Shown piece after piece: positions 23,490-36,472 of a stretch of DNA of 64,000 nucleotides; positions within the stretch are counted from its first letter, which is position 1; each line of letters opens with the position of its first letter. This DNA is from Mobula hypostoma (lineage: Eukaryota): positions 13,890,001 through 13,954,000 of the forward strand of contig NC_086118.1 in the NCBI RefSeq assembly GCF_963921235.1. Direction: 5' to 3'. The notes under the pieces were generated by a model that saw nothing but the letters and a program-made list of their open reading frames with translations, searched no databases and had not been told where the DNA came from. A program made the position numbers and the translations under genes.

Positions 23490-24887
23490 TGAGAACATAA
23501 GAGCATAAGAAATAGGAGCAGGAGTCGGCCATCTGACCCAATGAGCCTGCTCTGCCATTCAATAAGATCATGGCTGATCTGGCCATGGACTCATCTCCAC
23601 CTGCCTCCCTTTCCCCATAACCCTTAATTACCCTATTATGCAAAAATCTATCCGATCTTGTCTTAGATATATTTACTGAGGTAGCCTCCACTGTTTCATT
23701 GGGCAGAGAATTCCGCAAATTCTCCATTCTCTGGGAAAAGTAGTTCCTCCTCATCTCTGTCCTAAATCTACTCCCTTGAATCTTGAGGCTATGTCCCCAT
23801 GTTCTAGTCTCACCTACCAGTTGAAACAACTTTCCTGCCTCTATCTTATTCTTCTCTTTCATATTTTTATATGTTCCTATAAGATCTCCTCTCATTCTAC
23901 TGAATTCCAGTGAGTACAGTCCCAGGCGACACAATCTCTCGTCATAGTCTAACCCCCTCATCTCTGAAATCAACCTGGTCAAACTTCCTCTGCACCACCT
24001 CCAAAACCAGTATATCATTCTTCAAGTAAGGAGACCAGAACTGCACGCAGTACTCCAGGTGCGGCCTCACCAGTACTCCATACAGTTGCAGCATAACCTC
24101 CCTGCTCTTAAATTCAATCTCTCTCGCAATAAATGCCAACGTTCCATTTGTCTTCTTGATAGCCTGCTGCACCTGCAAACCAACCTTTTGTGATTCATGC
24201 ATAACCACACCCAAGTCCCTCTGCACAGTAGCGTGCTGCAGTCTTTTACCACTTGGAGTACTATGCTCAGTTCTGGTCACCTCACTACAGGAAGGATGTG
24301 GAAACCATAGACAGGGTGCAGAGGAGGTTTACAAGGATGTTGCCTGGATTGGGGAGCATGCCTCATGAGAATAGGTTGAGTGAACTTGGCCTTTTCTCCT
24401 TGGAGTGACTGAGAATGAGAGGTGACCTGATAGAGGTGTACAAGATAGTGAGAGGCATTGATTGTGTGGATAGTCAGAGGCTTTTCCCCAGGGCTGAAAT
24501 GGCTAGCATGAGAGGGCATAGTTTTAAGGTGTTTGGAAGTAGGTGCAGAGGAGATGTCAGGGGTATGTTTTTTATGCAGAGAGTGGTGAGTGCGTGGAAT
24601 GGGCTGCCGGTGACGGTGGTGGAGTTGGAAATGATAGGGTCTTTTAAGAGACTCCTGGATGGCTACATGGAGCTTAGAAAAATAGAGGGCTATGGGTTAA
24701 GCCTAGGTAGTTCTAAGGTAGGGACATTCAGTTTTGTGGGCTTAAAGGCCTGTATTGTGCTGTATGTTTTCTATGTTTCAATGTTCTGCTCATTTTTCCT
24801 TTCAACATGTAGGACCTCGTATTTACCAACATTGTATTCCATCTGCCAGACCCTTGCCCACTCACTTAACCTGTCTATATCTCTCTG
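23490..24887 (-). mobile_element. CR1 LINE 3' part (minus) containing an opposite-strand CR1 3' end at about 24250-24786
   Basis: ORFs 23942-24280 and 23485-24018 (LVRPHLEYCVQFWSP; MRGDLI); plus-strand ORF 24415 (MRGDLIEVYKI). Confidence 0.85.
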
Positions 24888-25473
24888 ATATTGGAAATGT
24901 GATCTGAAAATTATACACTCCTTACCCAGAGGAAACAACCACACCTCATTAAATCCTCTAAATATTTTGCATGTCTCTGAGATCACCTCATTCTTCTAAA
25001 CCCTGAGCTACTGAATCTCTCCTCATAAGTCAGACCAAAACCAACCTTGAACCTTTGTTCCCCACCCTCCACACAAGGTACAAATTTCTCTAGCTAAGAC
25101 ATTGTTTTCTATTGGCAGCTTTAAGTGACCAGAATGTGCGTTATTGATGAATCATATCTTGAGAGGTTTGAGACACTTGAACCCTGGAGTTCTTTTACCA
25201 GAAACCTAGTCCACCTACAATCCATTGTAGATCAATTTCCCGACTCACTGTGTACATGGTTCCACATCTCTTTGTGCCTTTGGCAAACTCTGAAGTGAAT
25301 GCAAGTTCACTCCACATAGAATTAGAATAGTTGATACGCCTTTACATCCCATCAGTCCTCATCCAGAACTCTGCTGCCTGTGTTTTCACACGCCCTTCCC
25401 ATGTCTCCTCACTTCCCGAAGTACAATGCATTTAAAATCATAACTCCTGCTTTTAAAATTTTCTGTGGTCTTA

Positions 25474-26560
25474 AGAACATAAGAATAGAAGAAATAGGAG
25501 CAGGAGTCGGCCATCTGGCTCGTCGAGCCTGCTCCGCCATTCAATAAGATCATGGCTGATCTGGCCATGGATTCATCTCCACCTACCTGCCTTTTCCCCA
25601 TAACCCTTAACTCCTCTACTATACGACAAGAAGCAATGCTATACTCCTGCTTCTTTTGTCTCTGCACACTTCTCTGGCTACTGCAATCCTTCAATTCTGG
25701 TCTCCAGTGCATCTCTTGATTTGTTCAAACTCTATGGGCAGCTGTGCCTACAGCAACATAGGCCCAGTCACTGGCGTGGGTGTAGTGGTGCACAGCAGAG
25801 TTCCAGACTATTGATCCAGAGATTTGAGCTTGGATCCTAGCATGAGAGCTGGGCACATAACTAACTAAATCCCAAGTCAAACAAGTCAAGTAATAGTTGT
25901 CGATTGGCATCCATCCTTCAGGAAGGGAATTCTGCAGACCTGATTTGGCCTGGTCTGTGTAACTCAAAGTCGTACAGCACTGAAACATACTTCTTGGCCC
26001 GACATATCCATGCCGATCAAGGTGGCTATCTGAACTAGTGACATTCGTTTGTGTTTTCCTTATCTTACAAACTTTCCTATCCATGTGGCTGCCTAAATTC
26101 CTTTTAAAGATCATAATTGTAGCTGCCTCAACCACTTGCTCTGGAAACTCATTCCATACACCCTCCACCCCCTGTGTAGAGAAAATATTTCCTTCAAGTC
26201 CCTGTTTAAAGCTTTCTCCTCTCACATTAAATAGATGCCATCCAGCTTTTGATTCTCCTGCCCTGAGAAAAGTTTGTGACCACTCCCCTTATTTGTGCCC
26301 CTCATGATCTTCTATACCTTTCTATAATGTCACCTGAAAACCTCCTTCACTTCAGGAAAACAGTTCCAGCCTATCCAGCCTATTCTTCTAAGCCAAGCCC
26401 TCCAGTCCAAGTAACAGTCTTGTGAATCTTATCTGCACCTTTTCCTGCTGAAAGACACCCTTGCAAGAGCAATGTGGCCAAAACTGCACACAATATCCCA
26501 TGTGGTCTCACTAATGACTTATACAGTTGTAACATAACATCCCAATTCTTGTTCTCAATT
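25474..26560 (-). mobile_element. Two CR1 3' fragments (25474-25620 and about 25965-26560) around an old SINE-like stretch
   Basis: 25474-25620 nearly identical to 23493-23630; second fragment encodes FSTQGVEGVWNEFPEQVVEA. Confidence 0.7.
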
Positions 26561-26904
26561 CAATGCAGATGAAGGGTCTTTTGCCAGAAATACTCACTGC
26601 CCAGTTCCCTGCATAGGTGCTGCCTGATCTGCTGAGTTGGTCTTTTAATCAGTGCCCTGAATGATCGAATGCCTTCACCACCTCGATGCCCGACACCACA
26701 GTGGGAGCACCTTCAAAAGGACTGCAGCAGCTCAAATTAGGAATGCTGGCCTTGACAATAATACCCAGATCCCCCAAAATAAATAAGTATAAATGATTGT
26801 CCATTGTGCTATTGTGTTGACGTTTTGCCGTTTGTTGCTGCTCAGCTTTAGTTGAAAGTCCATTACTGTAGCTTTTCTTTTTGGCTGTTCACTGATCTGT
26901 TTTC

Positions 26905-27109
26905 ACGAGCAAGAGAAAATCTGCACATTCTGTAAGTCCAAGGAACACACACAAAATGCTGGAGGAGCTCAGCAGGCCAGGCAGCATCTATGGTAAGGAG
27001 TGCAGCTGACGTTTCTCTGAGGAAGGGTCTCGGCCTGAAACGTTGACTGAACTCCTTTCCATAGATGCTGCCTGGCCTGCTGAGTTCCTCCAGCATTTAT
27101 TGTGTGTTG
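26905..27109. mobile_element. About 205-bp palindromic Penelope-end element with TSD
   Basis: About 70-bp inverted arms (acacacaaaatgctggaggagctcagcaggccaggcagcatctatgg and its complement) around a hammerhead core at 27017-27048; cactgatctgt at 26890-26900 and 27110-27120. Confidence 0.85.
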
Positions 27110-27163
27110 CACTGATCTGTCTTTGCAGCTTTCCCTGTTTCCTTTTACATTTTTAGTTTTTAC

Positions 27164-27207
27164 CTGCTCATGGATGAATGCTGTACTTGTTGCTGTGGTA
27201 CTGCCAG
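27164..27207 (-). CDS. Candidate 44-nt coding exon of an unidentified gene (GSTTATSTAFIHEQ)
   Basis: Minus strand: branch-like cttaat, ttggttttatccttgtcag| acceptor, CAG|gtaaaa donor; phase-compatible with 53156-53208. Confidence 0.55.
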
Positions 27208-27813
27208 CTGACAAGGATAAAACCAAATTAAGACTGCCAGGCATAAGTTTTTTTTGGAGATGTACTGCAGTTTTAGAATCCCCGCAGAGAGATGTGCACT
27301 TTCAAACAATTTGAAATGTGCTCAGCAGCAGACGATTTCATTTTGACTTTCTTTTAAAGAAAACAATATTTTGTCGCAAATTATTCCACCTTTCTGTTGC
27401 AGCTTTTGAAGTTTTTTTTAATTCCCAGTAACAAGACATCAGATAACAGCAGTCATCTGCTTTATACAATATAATACATAAAAATGCTGGAAGAACTCAG
27501 CAGGATTGCTTTACACAGTGCACGCTGGTTTAGTAAACTCCACAGACACAGACAAGCTTTGAGCTTCTTAGTGGAAATCAGAATGAAATGGCTGATGCTT
27601 GAAATCCGAAACAAAAAGAGAAAATGTTGGAAACCATTCAGCAGACAGCATCTGTGAAGGGAGAGATACAGGGTTAACACTTCATGTTGAAGACCTTTGT
27701 CGGAACATAGTGGTACACATGTGACATATATGGTCCATATCTGGCTTTTAACAAAGAATTTGGCATGGTGTTATCAGGATCACAGTAACTTAATTTCAAT
27801 GTGAATTTATTAT

Positions 27814-28333
27814 CACACAACCCTACGCCCGGACATTGTACTGTGGTCAACCGAGCGAAGACAAGAAAATAATTCTGGTTGAGCTGACTGTGCCGTGGGA
27901 GGAGGAATGGGAAGAGGCCCACGAGAGAAAGGCCTTGAAGTACCAGCCCTTACTGCAGGAGTGTAAAGACAAGGGATGGCAGGCATGGTTTTTCCCTGTG
28001 GAGATCGGCTGCAGAGGTTTCCCAGCCAAATCAGCATGGCGGTTGTTGTCAGATCTGGGCCTGGATGAAAGGAGCAAAAAACAAGCAGCTCGTAGGATGG
28101 GAGAGGAGGCAGAACGAGCCTCTTGTTGGATTTGGCGTAGGCGAGAGGAGGGAAGCTGGAAGCCAGGAGCAGATGGGCAGTGATTTGGCCACAAACTGGA
28201 GAGTGTCGTGATTAAGGGTCGAAACACTCGGTGAAGGTTGGGAACCACCTGATGACATCTGCTCCTGGCTGAAGGCTACAGTTACCTTATAAGGTAACCG
28301 GAGAATGCACCCTAACAGATGTATGTAACAAGT
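27814..28333 (+). mobile_element. Hero-like retrotransposon, short 3' copy (RLE and 3' UTR)
   Basis: TTLRPDIVLWS then IILVELTVPWEE..HERKALKY; stop at 28181-28183; highly similar to 4088-4600. Confidence 0.88.
28201..28260 (+). ncRNA. Candidate permuted/pseudoknotted hammerhead ribozyme in Hero 3' UTR (copy 2)
   Basis: gagtgT-C-gtgatt-aa-gggt-c-GAAA-cactc-(13 nt)-aaccac-CTGATGA-c-atct; one stem I mismatch. Confidence 0.6.
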
Positions 28334-30706
28334 CAAAATATGGATATGTTATGACCAAATGCTGGCAAATGGGACTGGCCTGCATTGGGCACCGTGGTTG
28401 ACATTACCACTTTGTGCTGTATAGTTCAGAGTCATAGTATTTGATATACTTACTTCCTAAAGGTACAACTAAAGGAACCTTGGCAATGCATTCTCACACT
28501 CACTCCAGATTATAGTCGCTTTCCAGATTTATATGCCTAAAATGCATTGGATGCCAGCCTTGAGCATGAAGAAAAGTGTTAGAACAAGGCTATTTTATGC
28601 AATGCAGGTGCTTTGGACTAGCCTCACTAGCCTTCATTTATTTAGTCCAGGGAAACACCTAAATGCAATGATATCAGCTGGTTGTAAGGATGATTTCCAT
28701 TATAAGGGTCACAATCAATTTTGATAGATGTTAGCTCATCCTCTCTTTCATAGTGAAGCTGGTGCTGTTTTGTTGCTTCAACACAGCATTAGCTATCTAC
28801 TCCAGCAGGTGGTAGTATACCAGCATCTCACAAAAACAACCTCATCCACAATGTCCAGCAACATCAGTCTCCACAGAATCTACTTTGAAATATCATTGAC
28901 AAGTAATTGGGGAAATATTTTGCTTCTTTTGCCCAACAATCTTCTTTCCTGCCTAGCCTCATTATTAACTTCCTAATAGGGTATGGTACTAGTAGCTATT
29001 TTGCTGGACTCATTATCCAGAAGTCATGACCAACAATCTAAAGAATGCAAGCTGTCTGCTTGAGAGTTTGAAATCAGTTTTTATACATTCTAGAAACAGG
29101 AAACCGCTATCAATAAATGGGTCAGATTCTACTGGTCCATATTACCTACTAGTGCCACTTAGTGCTGTCCTGGATTATTATGCAGCCTACATCCCATGCT
29201 AACTCAGTTAATTCTTATGTGCTCTCTAAATTATGCCCAGAAACTGCTCATTTATATAAAACTGCCATGCAATAGAAGATAACCCCCTGCCTGTTCCTCG
29301 GAGCCTCTAGTAATGTTCACTAGGTATCAACACACTAAAAAAACCTGTAGATACTGAAATCTGGATTTAGGAGACTTGACCTGAATGTTGACTGTCCATT
29401 TCCCTCCATAGATGCTGCCTGATCCATTGAGTTCCTCCATATTTTTGTGTGTATTGCACCAATAGATATCAGCCTTGCCAGCAATGCATATTCATTGAAA
29501 CATTATAGAAAATAAAGCATGTTAACCAACCCCCACATCCACTCTGGATATTACCACCAGGCCCAAGGACAGTTTCTATCCACTGTTGAACAGGCCTCTT
29601 GTATGATAAGATGGACGTTTAGCCTCACAATCTACCTGTGTATGATCTTGCACTTTACCGTTTGCCTGCACGACACTTTCTCGGTAGCTTTTACACTTTA
29701 TCCCTGGGTCAGTAAATCTGTGAGTCCACTGGAGAAGTCGGAGGCCAATGTCCATGACTCTGCAAATCCAGTGGAGGCTGGAGATCTGACCGGTCCTGCG
29801 GTTGGAGGGGTCTGACTGTGTGTGTGAGTGGGTGGGTGGGTGGCTACGAGGGAAGAAAAGGCTTGTTTTGCTGTTACTGTTTTGTTCCTGTTGTTCTGCT
29901 GAACACTGTGGGCATGTTACGTTGGTGCTGGAATGGCTGCCTCCAGTGTGTCCTTAGGTTGTGTTGGTTGTAACCACAAACAACGCATTTCACTGCATGT
30001 TTCAATAAATAAATGAACCTGAATTATTCTGCATTCTTATTGTTTAACCTTATTCTAGCTGAGTACACAGTGTAAGATTTAGTCAGTAAAGCAGTGTGCA
30101 AGACAAGCTTTTCACTCTATCTCCGCATGTGGCAAAACAAATAGTAAATTAACCAATGTCAATATAATGAAAAATATTTTTGTTTTTTTTTAAATTAACT
30201 TTGTATTTTATGTATATTTATTCCAAATTCTTAAACCTAGGATCACATGAACATCTCCGCAGTTTCTTTGGTTTAAATTCACTCAGTGACCTTGCATATT
30301 AAGTAAAGGGGAAGGCTTTTCCTTCTCCATTAATATTGCTTGTACTGTTGAGGCTGAGGAAATACCATCTATGGAACACAACAAGTTAGTCCCATAAAAT
30401 TAAATATTTATGCTCTGTATTACATTAATATCGCTGAAAGATTGATCTGCAATCCCTCCTGCTCTTTCTCAGAATTATAAACAGATTAGGAATCGTTTGT
30501 ATTTGAGTAAAATACTACAAGGTTTCAGGTTGACTTATTAATAAAATTTACTCTTCAATTTTCTTACTGATGATGGTTTTTAGTTGCAATTTTATCACTA
30601 CTTTAGAATTACTAAAACTATTGATAAGTTGCCCTACTGATTAAATAAAAGTGATAAATTGTATTACCTGTATCAATAACTATAGCAAACTGACATTATA
30701 TTCAGT

Positions 30707-30740
30707 AAACAACAGGAATTCTGCAGATGCTGGATGCTTG
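30707..30740. mobile_element. 34-bp Penelope tail-only insertion with 12-bp TSD
   Basis: aaacaacaggaattctgcagatgctgga (identical to 7889 onward and 35128 onward) plus tgcttg; attatattcagt at 30695-30706 and 30741-30752. Confidence 0.85.
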
Positions 30741-33654
30741 ATTATATTCAGTTTGATCTTTGCTATTGAACAATTATCGCTATTCAATCACAGACAATGA
30801 AGGTGACTTTAAATTATTTGTTATCAATTTGTTCCGTAAAACTCCATGCTAGGTTGCTGAGGGGAATTACTGGGCTATCTGCCATATACTTCCACACTAA
30901 TTCCAGTCACATTCCTTACTTTACAGCTGAAGATACAGGAGTATAGTTTGTTCATATGAAACACTTGAGAGTATGAAAGATTCTACATTAATGCATATTT
31001 TTTTTCTGTACTACACAGACCATCTAACGCATTTTTTGAAAAAGCTTTTACCATGTTAGGCTGATCTGAGCTGTATGGGGCCATTAATTTGAGACTACTT
31101 GGCCCATCAAGTCCCTGCTAGCTCTCAGAGCACATCCATTGGCCCCATTTCCTGATCTGTTTCCCTTGTACAAGGCATTGGTTAGGCCAAATTTGGAGAA
31201 CTGTGTGTAGTTCTGGTCATCTACCTACAGGAAAGATATCAATAAGCTTGAAAGAATACAGAGAAATTTTACAAGGGTGAGGATCTGAGTAGGAGATAAG
31301 GTTGAATAGATTAGTACTTTATTCCCCGGAGCACTGGAAAATGAGGATACATCTTGTAGAGGTATACAAAATTAGTAGGGAGTATAGATATAGATATTGG
31401 GCAAGCATGGACTGGATGGAGTGAAGGGCCTGTCAGTGTCACATGACTCTTTCATGTGTATGTATATGTCACCATATTGGAGCTTTGAGTAGCAACCAAA
31501 GGATGGAATTTCACTCAGGTCCACTACAACTCTTGGCAGTTTTTTTTTGGTGCTTTGACCAGCGACCAATTGGGAGATCAGAAGCTAGAGAGGAAGGAAT
31601 TTCACTTAGGTCTGCTGACACAGCAACTCACAAGCTCTGAGCAGTGACCAGTCGGCATTTGGGATTGATTAGCTAGAACAAGTTGAAAGAAGACAGGAGG
31701 CTGGAGCAGCGGACTTCATCGAAGTGGACAGAGTAAGAATGGTGATTCTGGGGCTTCAGATCTTCGAGGCTTCAGTGAAAAAAGGCTCCAGTCAGGGAAG
31801 GCATGAAGGAAAAACAAGGAGAGGCTTCAGCAAGAGAGGGCAAAAAAAAACCTAGATGTAGAGTATTTTTTTCCCTCCCTTCTTTACATTTGCTCAACTA
31901 GGACAGTAGAGATGCCAAACAGGATAGTGGAATGCTCCTCTGGTGGGATATGGGAAGGCAGGGAGACCTCAAGTGTCCCTGACGACTACAACGGCGAGAA
32001 GTCCCAGACGCAGCTTCTAACGATCCATGTTAAGGAGTGGAGCTGGAATTGGATGGAAATCAGATCATTTGGGAAGCTGAAGGGGTGATGGATAGGACAT
32101 ATAGAGAGGTAGTTATGCCCAGCATCCAGGACACGGAAAACTGGGTGACAGTAGGAAAGGGAAAGGGGTTAAAGGAGTTACGGAGTGTAAAGTACCCCTG
32201 TGGCCATCCACCTCAATAACTGGTATTACTTTGGATACTGTAAGGCGGGGGATGACCCAGCAGAGGAGAGTCACAGCAGTCAGTTCTCTGGCACTGAGTC
32301 TGCCTCTGTGACTCTGAAGGGCAGGGATCAGAAGAGGTGCGCTGTGGTAATGGTGGATTCATTACTGAGGAGAACAGAAAGGACGTTCTGTGGGCGACAA
32401 TGAGATTCCCAGATGATATGTTGCTGCCTGGGTGCCAAGGTCCAGGTCATCCCCGATCAAGTCCTCAGCATTCTCAAGTGGGAGCGTGAACAGCCAGAGG
32501 TCCTGGTCCATGTAGGTGCCAATGCCATGGGTAGGATGAGTGACGAGGTTCTGCATAGGGAGCTCAGGGAGTTAGGTCTAAGTTAAAGGGCAGGATCTCC
32601 AGGATTGTGATCTCAAGATTACTAACCATGTAACATGCTGGTGAGGCCAGAACTAGGAAGATAATACAGTTTAATACGTAGTCAAGGAGTTGGTGTAGGA
32701 GGGAGGGCATAAGATTTTTGGATCATTGGGCTCTCTTCCAAGGAAGGTGGGACCTCTACAGAGGGAACAGTTTGCACCTGAACCAGCGAGAAGGATTACT
32801 AATGCTGCATAGCAGGGTTTAAACTAAAGTTGCAGCAGAGTACCAGACCAGTTAGTGGAGAGGTGGAGAGACAGATGTTGGTAAGACCTCAGACAATCTC
32901 AGGAATTAAAAGGTCGAGCATGGTGCACCTAGTGTTCTGAGCTGTGTATACTTCAATGCAAGGAGTATCGTAGGAAAGGTGGATGAGCTCAGGGCCTAAT
33001 CAACACCTGAAATTATGATATTGTAGCTATTAGTGAGACAGTTGAAGGATGGGCAGGACTGGCAGGTCAATATTCCTGGATTCCTTTGTTTCAGATGTGA
33101 CAGAGCGGGAGAGATTAAGAGAGGGGTGACGTTACCATTCAGGGAAAATGTCACAGCACTGCTGTGTCAGGATAGACTGGAGAACTCATCTACAGAGGTC
33201 TTACAGGTGGAACTAAGAAATAAGGAAGGTATGACCATGTGAATTGGGGCTTATTGCAGACCACCCAACAGTCCGAGGGATTCAGAGGGAAAAGACTGTA
33301 AAGAGATTACAAACTGTTGCTGATAAATATAAGGTTGTTATAGTAGGTGATTTTAACTTCCACATATTGGCCCGAGCAGAGATGTCATCCATAGCAATAG
33401 GAGAGGTACCAGAGGACTGGAGGAGAGCCAACATTGTTCCGTTGTTTAAAAAAGACACTAAACATGAACCAGAAAATCATAGGCTGGTAAGTCTGATATC
33501 AGTTTTGGAAAGGTTATTGAAAGGTATTCTAAGGAACTGGATGTATAAGTACGTGGATAGACATGAACTGATTAAGAATAGTCAGCACGGCTTTGTGCAT
33601 CATAGATCATGTCTAACCAATCTTATAGAGTTTTTTGAGGAAGTTACGAGGAAA

Positions 33655-34235
33655 TACAAACATCAAACAAGTCAACAAATTCAAATATCTTGGCAGCCTA
33701 ATAACAAGTAATGGCAGGTGTGACACAGATATCAAATACAGAATAGCAATGGCGAAAGAAGCTTTCCAAAAAATGAAGACTATATTAACAGACAGAAAGA
33801 TGAGCACGTACACTAAAAACAGAATACTGCAGTGCTACATTTATTCTATCCTGACTTATGAAAGTGAATGCAGAACCATTTTTCCAGCAATGGAAAAGAG
33901 ACTAGAAGCAGCTGAATTATGGTTCTACAGGAGAATGTTAAAAATATCACGGACCACACAGACATCAAATGAAGAAGTTCTCAGAAGAGCCCAAGCAGTT
34001 CGATCACTCATACCAACATCATGAGGAAAGGTGAACTAGAAAAACTCATACTCTCTGGAAAGATTGAGGGGAGTAAACCTCGAGGAAGACCTCGGCTTAT
34101 GTACGTCAAAAGCATAGCCAGGTGGCTATACATCGAGGAAATGGAAGTCATTCAAAAAAAACGAAGGATAGATCTATATGGAAAACCATGGTCACCAAAG
34201 TCCACATCGGATATGGTACCTAGACAGACAGACAG
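33655..34235 (+). mobile_element. RTE-clade LINE 3' fragment with (CAGA)n tail and 9-bp TSD
   Basis: VNKFKYLGSLIT..RIAMAKEAF; GKIEGSKPRGRPR; acgaggaaa at 33646-33654 and 34236-34244. Confidence 0.85.
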
Positions 34236-34901
34236 ACGAGGAAAGTGGATGAAGGCAAGGCAGTGGATGTTGTCTACATGGACTTTACCAAGCTGTTGAC
34301 AAGATCCTGCCTGGGAGGTTGTTCACGAAGTTTTATTCGTTCGGCTTTCAAAATAAGGTAGTAAATTGGATTAGATATTGGCTCTGTGGGAGAAGCCAGG
34401 GAGTGGTAGTAGATGGTTGCCTCTCTGGCTGGAAGCCTGTGACTTGTGGTGTACCACAGGGATCAGTGCTGGATCCTTTGTTGTTTGTCATCTATATTAA
34501 TGATCTGGATAATAATGTGGTTAACTGGATCAGCAGATTTGCAGGTAACTCCAAGATTAGGGGTGTAGAAGGCTATTGTGTCTTGCAGAGGGATCTGAAT
34601 CAGCTGGAAAAATGAGCTGAAAAATGGCAGATGGAATTTAATGCAGACAAGAGAGAGGTTGTGCAGTTTGGTCAGACCAACCATGGTAGGTCTTACACAG
34701 TGAACAGTAGCACACGGCAGAATGTGGTAGAATAAAGGGATCTGAGAACACAGGTCCATAATTCATTGAAAGTGGTGTCGCAGGTAGATAGGGTTGTAAA
34801 GAAACCTTTTGGCACTTCATAAATCAATGTATTGAGTATAAGAAAGGCATGTTACATTGAGGTTGTGTAAGGTATTGGTGAGGCCTGATTTGAAGTAATG
34901 T

Positions 34902-34997
34902 AACACACATCAAAGTTGCTGGTGAACGCAGCAGGCCAGGCAGCATCTCTAGGAAGAGGTACAGTCAACGTTTCGGGCCGAGACCCTCCGTCAGGAC
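34902..34997 (-). mobile_element. About 96-bp Penelope mini-insertion (hammerhead plus downstream end)
   Basis: Interrupts the CR1; taatgt at 34896-34901 and 34998-35003; hammerhead 34963-34998 reads CTGACGG..GAAAC-GTT. Confidence 0.85.
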
Positions 34998-35225
34998 TAA
35001 TGTGTTCAGTTTTGTCACCTACCTACAGGAATAATGTAAACAAGGTAGACAGAGTAAAGAGAAAATTCACAAGAATCTTGCCAGGTCTGGAGGACCTGAG
35101 TTATAAGATAAGATTGAATAGATTAGCAAACAACAGGAATTCTGCAGATGCTGGAAATTCAAGCAACACACATAAAAGTTGCTGGTGAACACAACAGGCC
35201 AGGCAGCATCTCTAGGAAGAGGTGC

Positions 35226-35261
35226 AGTCGACGTTTCAGGCCGAGACCCTTCGTCAGGACT
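35226..35261 (-). ncRNA. Intact minimal type I hammerhead motif (Penelope)
   Basis: agtc-CTGACGA-agggtctcggcct-GAAAC-GTC-gact. Confidence 0.8.
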
Positions 35262-36472
35262 AACTGAAGGAAGAGTGAGTAAGGGATTTGAAAGTTGGAG
35301 GGGGACGGGGAGATCCAAAATGATAGGAGAAGACAGGAGGGGGAGGGATGGAGCCAAGAGCTGGACAGGTGATAGGCAAAAGGGATACGAGAGGATCATG
35401 GGACAGGAGGCCCAGGGAGAAAGATGGGGGGGGGCACCCAGAGGATGGGCAAGGGGTATATTCAGAGAGACAGAGGGAGAAAAAGGAGAGTGAGAGAAAG
35501 AATGTGTGTATAAAAATAAGTAACAGATGGGGTACGAGGGGGAGGTGGGGCATTAGCGGAAGTTAGAGAAGTCGATGTTCATGCCATCAGGTTGGAGGCT
35601 ACCCAGACGGAATATAAGGTGTTGTTCCTCCAACCTGAGTGTGGCTTCATCTTTACAGTAGAGGAGGCCGTGGATAGACATGTTAGAATGGGAATGGGAT
35701 GTGGAATTAAAATGTGTGGCCACTGGGAGATCCTGCTTTCTCTGGCGGACAGAGCGTAGGTGTTCAGCAAAGCGGTCTCCCAGTCTGCGTCGGGTCTCGC
35801 CAATATATAAAAGGCCACATCGGGAGCACCGGATGCAGTATATCACCCCAGTTGACTCACAGGTGAAGTGTTGCCTCACCTGGAAGGACTGTTTGGGGCC
35901 CTGAATGGTGGTAAGGGAGGAAGTGTAAGGGCATGTGTAGCACTTGTTCCATTTACACGGATAAGTGCCAGGAGGGAGATCAGTGGGGAGTGATGGGGGG
36001 GAACGAATGGACAGGGGAGTCGCGTAGGGAGCGATCCCTGCGGAATCGGGGGGGGGGGGAGGGAAAGATGTGCTTAGTGGTGGGATCCCGTTGGAGGTGC
36101 GGAAGTTACGGAGAATAATATGTTGGACCCGGAGGCTGGTGGGGTGGTTGGTGAGGACCAGGGGAACCCTATTCCTAGTGGGGTGGCGGGAGGATGGAGT
36201 GAGAGCAGATGTACGTGAAATGGGGGAGAAGCGTTTAAGAGCAGAGTTGATAGTGGAGGAAAGGAAGCCCCTTTCTTTAAAAAAGGAAGACATTTCCCTC
36301 ATCCTAGAATGAAAAGCCTCATCCTGAGAGCAGATATGAGAACCTTATAGTTCCCTCACCTCTCACTTCCCGTTTCTACCTCCTACCCAAGATCCACAAA
36401 CCTGCCTGTCCTGGCCGACCTACTGTCTCAGCTTGCTCCTGCCCCACCGAACTCGTTTCTGCATACCTCGAC

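Noticed and set aside
25250..25290. Minus-strand 41-nt exon-like segment (ttcag|AGTTTG..ACA|gtgagt)
   Set aside because: Moderate signals only and nothing links it to the other candidate exons; not supportable without RNA data.
7875..35126. Penelope target preference, since two TSDs end in ATTAG
   Set aside because: The other TSDs (attatattcagt, cactgatctgt, taatgt) do not share it; the sample is too small.
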